IMG/VR virus record: IMGVR_UViG_3300014043_000154
Coordinates: 1,262 to 65,261 of that record
Source: a virus
Lineage: Duplodnaviria > Caudoviricetes
DNA length: 64,000 nucleotides
Direction: 5' to 3' (one strand)
In this document: positions 18,521 through 25,048 of the stretch, piece after piece
Position numbering within the stretch: position 1 is the first letter of the stretch
Layout of the letters: each line of letters begins with the position of its first letter
Position numbers and translations under genes: made by a program
Notes under the pieces: model-generated
Databases searched by the model: none
Told to the model about the DNA's origin: nothing
The model's input: the letters and a program-made list of their open reading frames with translations, nothing else

Positions 18521-18550
18521 TTCGACAAATGTATTTACATTTGTTATAAT
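18521..18550 (+). promoter_or_regulatory. Rightward (lysogenic) promoter overlapped by a 20-bp palindromic operator
   Basis: TTCGAC-N18-TATAAT with TG extension; ACAAATGTA-TT-TACATTTGT at 18525-18544. Confidence 0.7.
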
Positions 18551-18662
18551 AAGTAGGAATCCAGACAGATAGAGCCATGCCAGTGATTCCTCTGTGATGG
18601 ATTCCAAGCGGTTGCAGCCGCTTTTCCGTGTTTGTTTTTGTTCCTTTGTGTTTACAGTTTTA

Positions 18663-18691
18663 ATATTAGTTCAACTTCCTCGAACTGTCAA
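18663..18691 (-). promoter_or_regulatory. Leftward (lytic) promoter
   Basis: TTGACA-N17-TAATAT on minus strand. Confidence 0.8.
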
Positions 18692-18716
18692 TGCTTAAGT
18701 TTTAGATTCTAAAACT
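18668..18716. promoter_or_regulatory. Two 19-bp AGTT-N11-AACT operators
   Basis: AGTTCAACTTCCTCGAACT (18668-18686) and AGTTTTAGATTCTAAAACT (18698-18716). Confidence 0.65.
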
Positions 18717-18752
18717 TTTTTGTGGTTATGGGGAGCTGGACCGGGAGTCTTT

Positions 18753-19298
18753 ATGCTTGGAGAGAGAATTAAACAATGTAGAGAGATGAATGGCATGCAG
18801 GCTCAGCAGTTAGCCAAGATGATGAATGTTACAAAATCAACAATCAGCAGTTGGGAATCAGGAAATACTTCTCCTAAACCATCTCAGATCAAAGAGCTGT
18901 CAGACATACTGCACGTTCCGACAGACTACTTATTGGAGGCGGGGGTTTTCGGGCATTGGGAGGAAGTCAAAGACCATCGGGTGTTCATCCTGCGTCAGAT
19001 ATCCTCTGTGATGAGAGAGATGTCTTATGACATACTTGAAGGAATTGACGAGCTGACTTATATCAGGATTCTTAATGCCTTCAATGTGAAGATAACCACA
19101 CATGATGACGGTATCGGCATTTCCGTTGACAGCTTATTTCCAACCTATTCAGATTCCGTTATCAATCCGGTCAGACAGGAAGATGATGACTGGCTTTCAC
19201 TCATCCACAGCCTCGGAGCAGACGGGCAAAGGCAGTTGAAGGGATACATCGACTGCCTCATCCAGATTCAGAGCAGTGAGCTTAAACAGGCAAAATAA
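18753..19298 (+). CDS. XRE-family repressor (CI-like)
   Basis: LGERIKQCRE...QQLAKMMNVTKSTISSWESG..PK. Confidence 0.85.
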   Translation: MLGERIKQCREMNGMQAQQLAKMMNVTKSTISSWESGNTSPKPSQIKELSDILHVPTDYLLEAGVFGHWEEVKDHRVFILRQISSVMREMSYDILEGIDELTYIRILNAFNVKITTHDDGIGISVDSLFPTYSDSVINPVRQEDDDWLSLIHSLGADGQRQLKGYIDCLIQIQSSELKQAK

Positions 19299-19339
19299 TC
19301 TCCTTCGAGTGGTACCGAAGGGAGAAGGAGAAGAAAACT

Positions 19340-19882
19340 ATGGCAATAATTGGAGAACGTCTCAGGGAGCTTCGCACAGAACAAGGCCTTACGCAGACCG
19401 ACCTCGCGTCAAAGGTGGGCGTTACGACAACCATCATTTCAAACATCGAGAGGGGATACTCCGGTGCCAAGTCCTCGATCATAGACAGCCTTGCGGAATA
19501 CTTCAATGTTCCGACTGACTATCTTCTCGGCAGGACATCTGTGCGCTTCAAGAGCAGCCGAAAGTCTACCGTTTTCTCTGAACGTCTGAAGAGGCTCATG
19601 AACACCAACCATATCAGTGCTGATGATCTGGCGGAGGCCGCAGGCACATCAAATGACGAACTGCAATCCATTCTATCTGGGGACACACAGCCGGGAATCG
19701 CCACCATGGCGAAGATCTCTACCGCGATAGGTACGACGGTCGATTACCTGATCGGCGCGACGGAGTACGACTCATCCATAGCGTGTGAAGACGAGCAAGA
19801 CATTGTTAATGATTACCGACGCATGACGAAGACACAGCGCCGGCTCTTCATGGCGGAGCTGGAGAAGATCATGCATCGGTGA
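19340..19882 (+). CDS. Second XRE regulator with two tandem HTH domains
   Basis: IGERLRELRTEQGLTQTDLA... and FSERLKRLMNTNHISADDLA... Confidence 0.85.
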   Translation: MAIIGERLRELRTEQGLTQTDLASKVGVTTTIISNIERGYSGAKSSIIDSLAEYFNVPTDYLLGRTSVRFKSSRKSTVFSERLKRLMNTNHISADDLAEAAGTSNDELQSILSGDTQPGIATMAKISTAIGTTVDYLIGATEYDSSIACEDEQDIVNDYRRMTKTQRRLFMAELEKIMHR

Positions 19883-19898
19883 AAAGGAGGAAATCATT

Positions 19899-20735
19899 AT
19901 GCAAAGAAGAAAAGCACTTATGACACTTGCAGCTATCATGACGGCTGCTTCGCTCACGGCCTGTGGGTCAGGAGTCAAGGAAGGCATCAAAGACGGTATG
20001 AATGCCGCCACTTCCCAGGCGGAAGAAGTAAAGGATGCCACAGAGTCCGTACAAGATTCTGTTGTACAGGAGGAATCTGTACAAGAATCTGTTGTACAAG
20101 AAGCCGATTCAGTTGAGGAAGAAGTTAAGGAGACCGGCCCGAACGATCTCCCGGATGACAATCCTCTGAAAGGTATCGCGGATCCGGAGGAGATGCGTGT
20201 GGTTTATGACGAGATAAATGATCTGATGAACGACATGTATCTGAATAGTGATATGGCAACCGAGACGGACGGCGAGAAAGTCAGGGCAGCCGAAGATGCA
20301 CTCATCAACCAGGTGGCAGAGGCTCACGGCCTGACATATGATGACGTCAGTAATATCTACACCTATGGCGGTATCGGTTCTCTTTATAACTACGATAAAG
20401 ATTCTATCAAGATCACGCACGGGGATTTTGTAGAGGCAACCATTAACGGTACAACACTGGTGGTCAAAGCGAAGATCGAGCCGAGCTTCTCGAACAAGGC
20501 CACCGTCGACCAGAATTACTACAACGTATGTGATATTATCCGCGACCAGAACGCCGGTGTCTTCCACGAGATACAGTATTGGGCTGTTGCAGATATGACG
20601 AGCGGGGAGGAGTCGAAGGTCATCTCTTTCACCGTTCCGAAGGATATGATAGATCTCATAGCCTCGCAGGACTTTGCTGACAACACATTGGGAGATTATG
20701 TGGAGGATCTTTGGATTCACCCATCGTTGCAATAA
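19899..20735 (+). CDS. Lipoprotein (candidate superinfection exclusion)
   Basis: Signal peptide with lipobox LTAC; acidic linker with 30-nt repeat at 20043-20102. Confidence 0.75.
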   Translation: MQRRKALMTLAAIMTAASLTACGSGVKEGIKDGMNAATSQAEEVKDATESVQDSVVQEESVQESVVQEADSVEEEVKETGPNDLPDDNPLKGIADPEEMRVVYDEINDLMNDMYLNSDMATETDGEKVRAAEDALINQVAEAHGLTYDDVSNIYTYGGIGSLYNYDKDSIKITHGDFVEATINGTTLVVKAKIEPSFSNKATVDQNYYNVCDIIRDQNAGVFHEIQYWAVADMTSGEESKVISFTVPKDMIDLIASQDFADNTLGDYVEDLWIHPSLQ

Positions 20736-20737
20736 AA

Positions 20738-21865
20738 ATGCCAGAATATAAATATAAGACAAAATCCGGCAAACAGTTGTGGTACTGCAGCTTCTGTTAT
20801 GTCGACTGGATGGGGGTGCGAAAACGAAAAGTGAAGCGCGGATTCCTCACGAAGAGGGAAGCGCATGAATATGAGGTAATGTTCAAGGATAGGAGGGCTA
20901 AAGACCCCACTATCCTTTTCAGTTCGCTCCTGGTTAATTATTATGAAGATTGTGATACAAGGCTGAAACCAACGACGATGGAGACCAAGAAGGACATCGT
21001 TGAATCAAAGATCCTCCCTTTCTTCGGGAATACGAGGATCTGCGACATCGATGTCGCTATGGTGCGCCGGTGGCAAAATGAACTTATCAATTACCGGAGT
21101 AAGAGCGGGAAGCCGTACTCCCAGACCTATCTGAAGACAATCAATAACCAGCTGTCGGCGATCATGAACTACGCCTGCAGGTTCTACGGTCTTCCGCAGA
21201 ATCCTATCCACATTACGGGCAGCATCGGAAAAAGCCATGCGGATGAAAAGCCGTTCTGGACGCATGACGAATACCGGCACTTCCGACAATTCGAGAAGAA
21301 GCCGTCATACCTGCTCGCCTTCGATATTCTTTTTTATGGAGGCATCCGGGAAGGGGAACTCCTGGCCATCGTGCCGGAGGACTTCGACAGGAAGAACATG
21401 ACACTGCGCATCGACGAGAACTTCGCGGTTGTCAAGGATACGGAATACATCCTCACGCCGAAGACATCCAAGAGCATGAGGACGATCACGCTCCCGAAGT
21501 CCGTGTTTGACGCTGCGATTTCCTACATCGACAAGCTGCAGATCCGGGACGGTGAGAGAATCTTCTACTTCAAGAAGTCCGGCCTCATAACGGAGTTCCA
21601 CAGGTGCTCAGATCGGGCAGGGCTGCCGCGCATCAGGATCCACGACCTGCGCGGGTCCCATGCTTCTCTCCTCAGCGAACTTGGCACTCCTGTTAAGTCA
21701 GTCAGTGACCGCCTTGGCCATGAATCCACATCGACAACCATGCGGACATATACACATCAATACCCGCAGAGAGAGAAGGAATTGGCTGACAGACTGGACG
21801 GAATAATAGCGGATGCCGACGCAAAAAAAGAAGCCCCCGAAGGGGCTGACGATACCGATATTTGA
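20738..21865 (+). CDS. int: Tyrosine integrase (Tn916/ICEBs1-like arm-binding N-terminus)
   Basis: GIREGELL, PKT, HDLRGSHAS, RLGH, TYTH catalytic set. Confidence 0.95.
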   Translation: MPEYKYKTKSGKQLWYCSFCYVDWMGVRKRKVKRGFLTKREAHEYEVMFKDRRAKDPTILFSSLLVNYYEDCDTRLKPTTMETKKDIVESKILPFFGNTRICDIDVAMVRRWQNELINYRSKSGKPYSQTYLKTINNQLSAIMNYACRFYGLPQNPIHITGSIGKSHADEKPFWTHDEYRHFRQFEKKPSYLLAFDILFYGGIREGELLAIVPEDFDRKNMTLRIDENFAVVKDTEYILTPKTSKSMRTITLPKSVFDAAISYIDKLQIRDGERIFYFKKSGLITEFHRCSDRAGLPRIRIHDLRGSHASLLSELGTPVKSVSDRLGHESTSTTMRTYTHQYPQREKELADRLDGIIADADAKKEAPEGADDTDI

Positions 21866-21870
21866 GTTTT

Positions 21871-22121
21871 GTGTATCACGCGTGTATCACGGGCAAAAAA
21901 AGAATCCCGGAAGCCCGCATAAAATCAGGGTTTTCCGGGATTTGCGCACTATTCAAGTTCTACAGTTGGTAGATGCTTTTTCGTTACAACATGTGTTTTT
22001 TAATCCGTTTTCATGTGCGTTTTTCCATTTTCGCATGCTCTGAAATCTTGGCTTGCCGACCTTTTGTGTATCACAAGTGTATCACTGAGATATTAGCGGA
22101 AATTGTAGAAAAATGTATCAC
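21871..22121. other. attP: integrase arm sites flanking a core
   Basis: GTGTATCAC at 21871, 21882, 22066, 22077; ATGTATCAC at 22113; core 21949-21966 reads ACT GTA GAA CTT GAA TAG (TVELE*) on minus. Confidence 0.8.
21891..21942 (-). terminator. Intrinsic terminator inside attP
   Basis: AATCCCGGAA/TTCCGGGATT stem followed by a T-run on minus, just downstream of the TVELE* stop. Confidence 0.7.
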
Positions 22122-22339
22122 GGAGCATCCGGGACGTATTCCAGAATGTCCGAAGGCTGGCATCCGAGAGCGGAGCACAGCTTGTCGAGAGTTTTGAAAT
22201 CGATCCTGCCTGCCTTCTCATTATAGAGCATGGAGATCGTACTCCTGCTCAGCCCTGTCCTCTCAGACAGCTCCTGTATTCTTATCCTCTGTTCCCCCAT
22301 CACTCGGGAAAGTGTTACCCTAATCATTCCATATCTCAT
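22118..22339 (-). CDS. Cro/C1-type HTH (HTH_26/YozG-like)
   Basis: IQELSERTGLSRSTISMLY...IDFKTLDKLC.AL.CQPSDI. Confidence 0.85.
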   Translation of the reverse strand: MRYGMIRVTLSRVMGEQRIRIQELSERTGLSRSTISMLYNEKAGRIDFKTLDKLCSALGCQPSDILEYVPDAP

Positions 22340-22366
22340 TTCTGCCCTCGTGACCTCCGGGGCGGG
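22339..22366. repeat. 28-bp direct repeat, copy 1
   Basis: TTTCTGCCCTCGTGACCTCCGGGGCGGG; 2 mismatches to copy 2. Confidence 0.85.
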
Positions 22367-22372
22367 TTTTTG

Positions 22373-22660
22373 TCATTTTTTCAGTTCCGCAGTCTGATTG
22401 TAATATCCCAAATCACCAGTAAAATTAAAGCGCTTCATTTCCTGCTTTATCACCTCTGGATCGGTTACAAAAAAAGGACAGCCAGTAAGTTCAATTCGAT
22501 AGTGTCCACTCGTTGTAGTAATTCCTTTTTTGTGGCACCCGACGTGTGCAAAATAGATAGTATGCCCCACTATGCAGATGCTTTCCGGGTCAATGTTTCG
22601 ATAAAGTTTTGCGCGTTCCTGTTTGGTTTCTGCGTCAATCCACGTTCTGAGGATGTTCAT
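22373..22660 (-). CDS. Hypothetical protein between the two repeats
   Basis: MNILRTW...; AAAGGA RBS. Confidence 0.6.
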   Translation of the reverse strand: MNILRTWIDAETKQERAKLYRNIDPESICIVGHTIYFAHVGCHKKGITTTSGHYRIELTGCPFFVTDPEVIKQEMKRFNFTGDLGYYNQTAELKK

Positions 22661-22669
22661 CGTTATTCC

Positions 22670-22697
22670 TTTCTGCCTTCGTAACCTCCGGGGCGGG
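22670..22697. repeat. 28-bp direct repeat, copy 2
   Basis: TTTCTGCCTTCGTAACCTCCGGGGCGGG. Confidence 0.85.
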
Positions 22698-22703
22698 ATG
22701 CAT

Positions 22704-22775
22704 TCACTTCCAGTTGACACGCCGGTTAGTTCTGCAGTACAGGCACTTCGTTCGGTCTGTTTCGATGCGAATCAT
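22704..22775 (-). CDS. 23-aa peptide (not in ORF track)
   Basis: MIRIETDRTKCLYCRTNRRVNWK; AAAGGAGGG RBS. Confidence 0.5.
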   Translation of the reverse strand: MIRIETDRTKCLYCRTNRRVNWK

Positions 22776-22787
22776 GATGCCCTCCTT

Positions 22788-22934
22788 TCATTTGCTCAGC
22801 AGATCTATCAGCTTGTCCTGCAATTCAATGATTCTTTCATATACGAATGCCGGAACCTTCTCATTCCGTGCTTTGTACTCGGCTACTATATTCTTTCCAA
22901 ATTCAAGTGCTGTCAGTATTTCTTCCTTGCTCAT
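22788..22934 (-). CDS. 48-aa protein (not in ORF track)
   Basis: MSKEEILTALEFGKNIVAEYKARNEKVPAFVYERIIELQDKLIDLLSK; GGAGG RBS. Confidence 0.7.
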   Translation of the reverse strand: MSKEEILTALEFGKNIVAEYKARNEKVPAFVYERIIELQDKLIDLLSK

Positions 22935-22977
22935 TTTGGTTTCCTCCGTCATGTTGCTGTCTCTGTGCTATGTCTAC

Positions 22978-23077
22978 ATATTAAGTCATTTTAACCTACA
23001 TGTCAATTAATTTGAATGAAATTTCATTCAAAAATTTATCAAGAAAGTATTGACACTCGCTGTCCATATGGTAATAT
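22978..23077. promoter_or_regulatory. Divergent promoters with central 22-bp perfect palindrome
   Basis: Minus TTGACA-N17-TAATAT (23006-22978); plus TTGACA-N16-TAATAT with TG extension (23050-23077); TTTGAATGAAATTTCATTCAAA at 23011-23032. Confidence 0.8.
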
Positions 23078-23149
23078 ACACACAACGAAACAAGAACAGC
23101 CGTTCGGGAGACGGACCGAACAGCCACACAAAAATAGGAGGAAAGCACA

Positions 23150-24070
23150 ATGGCAGCAACAATCAAAACCCAGAACTTCGGAGTCGAAATCGAGATGAAC
23201 AACATGAGCAGATCCAGAGCACAGAAGATCGTAGCAGATGCGCTCGGAAGCACACAGACAGGTTACAGTTCTTCATATGATAACCACTACGTCATCGATG
23301 CGAAAGGCCGCCAGTGGAAATGCGAATCCGACAGCTCCATCAAAGTCATCGGCCGCGGCACCTGCGAACTCGTAACTCCGATTCTTCAGTACGAAGACAT
23401 TGAGACACTTCAGAAGGTAATCAGAGCCCTCAGAGCTGACGGGGCAAAGACAGACAGCAGCTGCGGAATCCACATCCATGTGGACGGCGCGAACCACACA
23501 CCGAAGAGCCTCCGCACAATGCTCAAGTTCTTCGTTGGACGGCAGGATCTCATCTATGACGCACTCGACAACAACAGCAGATCTTCCAGCTGGTGTCTGA
23601 AGATGCCCCAGAGCCTCCTCACAGCCATGAACAACGAGAGAGATCTTTCCAAAGGAAGGCTCGAAGAGATCTGGTACAGCCCGGCGAACACTTCAAGGTG
23701 TGGCAAGTACCATGGCGGAATCGACCACAGGCACTACAACGAGACACGTTACCACGGCATGAACCTCCACGCATTCTTCACCAAGGGAACGGTGGAATTC
23801 AGACTTTTCAATAGCACGCTCCATGCCGGCAAGGTAAAGGCATACATCCAGTTTTGTCTCGCACTCAGCGCATGGGCAATCTCAGCACAGGACAGCCGCG
23901 TAACCTTCCGCTCCATGGACGGATACACGGCGGAAAAGAAAGTCAACCTCATGTACCATGTTCTGACGAACAGGCTCGGTCTCTACGGTGATGAGTTCGC
24001 AACCTGCAGGCTCCACATGATGACAATCATCAAGAAGAACGCCGGCATCAACCAGAGACGCGCAGCGTAA
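23150..24070 (+). CDS. Amidoligase family protein (COOH-NH2 ligase type 2)
   Basis: FGVEIEM, DSSI, ELVTPIL, CGIHIHV, RYHGMN, GTVEFRLFNSTL. Confidence 0.9.
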   Translation: MAATIKTQNFGVEIEMNNMSRSRAQKIVADALGSTQTGYSSSYDNHYVIDAKGRQWKCESDSSIKVIGRGTCELVTPILQYEDIETLQKVIRALRADGAKTDSSCGIHIHVDGANHTPKSLRTMLKFFVGRQDLIYDALDNNSRSSSWCLKMPQSLLTAMNNERDLSKGRLEEIWYSPANTSRCGKYHGGIDHRHYNETRYHGMNLHAFFTKGTVEFRLFNSTLHAGKVKAYIQFCLALSAWAISAQDSRVTFRSMDGYTAEKKVNLMYHVLTNRLGLYGDEFATCRLHMMTIIKKNAGINQRRAA

Positions 24071-24120
24071 TTATAATAAAAAGGCTGACCTATCGGCCTG
24101 ATACGGGGGAAAGGAATAAA

Positions 24121-24570
24121 ATGAAAGCATATGTTGCATATGGATCAAATCTGAATCTTAATCAGATGTATAGACGATGCCCGGATTCAGAACTCTGGAG
24201 AACCGGCTATATAGATGGATATGAATTGAACTTTAAGAAAATGCCGTTCGGGCGAGCTGCATTCGCAACGATAGATAAAAAGAAGGGGGCAAGGGTTCCG
24301 GTCGGTGTCTTCCGTATATCAAAACGCGACGAGAAGATGCTGGACATCTACGAGGGGTTCCCCACGCATTATATGAAAAAGACCGTCACCGTGCACCTGG
24401 ATGGGGGAGGTACTGTAGAAGCAATGGTATACATCATGAACGCATCAGCGGTTCCGGGGCGGCCAAGCCGAAGTTATCTTTGCACTATAGTCACCGGATA
24501 CGAGGACTGCGGTCTCGATTTTGACACTCTTGAAGGCGCACTGACAAGATGCCCTGTAAAATATGAGTAA
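24121..24570 (+). CDS. Gamma-glutamylcyclotransferase family protein
   Basis: YVAYGSNLN..QM..RCP, LDIYEGFP..Y. Confidence 0.9.
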   Translation: MKAYVAYGSNLNLNQMYRRCPDSELWRTGYIDGYELNFKKMPFGRAAFATIDKKKGARVPVGVFRISKRDEKMLDIYEGFPTHYMKKTVTVHLDGGGTVEAMVYIMNASAVPGRPSRSYLCTIVTGYEDCGLDFDTLEGALTRCPVKYE

Positions 24571-24581
24571 AGGTAACACGC

Positions 24582-24608
24582 AAAAAGGAGGGGTGACCCT
24601 CCTTTTTT
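24582..24608. terminator. Bidirectional intrinsic terminator
   Basis: AAAAAGGAGGG-GTGA-CCCTCCTTTTTT between convergent genes. Confidence 0.85.
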
Positions 24609-24633
24609 CCGTCTCATCCGTTGCAGCGGACTT

Positions 24634-24888
24634 TCAAACTGATTCCTTTGCCTTCTCATCCACAGGACTTTTCCGACATTCATTCGGAACCCGAACCATC
24701 AGATCGCCGGGCTGACAATCAAGAGCTTCGCAGATCTTGTCTAGATGTTCAAGGGATACCTTGTCAACAAGCTCGTGGTACAGTTCTCCAATAGTATTCG
24801 GGCGGATACCGGTCGCAGTCGCAAGTTCCTTCTGAGTCATGCGCAGTTCACCAAGTTTTCGAGACAGTAAAATCTTTATCATTGCCAT
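24634..24888 (-). CDS. Cro/C1-type HTH (paralog of 22118..22339)
   Basis: TQKELATATGIRPNTIGELY...LDKICEALDCQPGDL. Confidence 0.85.
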   Translation of the reverse strand: MAMIKILLSRKLGELRMTQKELATATGIRPNTIGELYHELVDKVSLEHLDKICEALDCQPGDLMVRVPNECRKSPVDEKAKESV

Positions 24889-24969
24889 TGCTCCTTCCGT
24901 TATTTTATAACACGGATAAGTAAGACATGGCGCAAAATGATATTTAATAACAAACTGTTGATAATTATG

Positions 24970-24983
24970 AATGATATATCATT
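24970..24983. promoter_or_regulatory. Palindromic operator AATGATATATCATT
   Basis: Perfect 14-bp palindrome sharing AATGA-N4-TCATT with 23015-23028. Confidence 0.65.
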
Positions 24984-24991
24984 TATCCCAT

Positions 24992-25025
24992 AAAAAAAGA
25001 GGCCCCCTGGTAAAGGAGCCTCTTT
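24992..25025 (-). terminator. Terminator after endolysin
   Basis: AAGAGGC...GCCTCTT stem with T7 run on minus. Confidence 0.75.
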
Positions 25026-25048
25026 GTCCTGAAAATGAGTTACTAATG

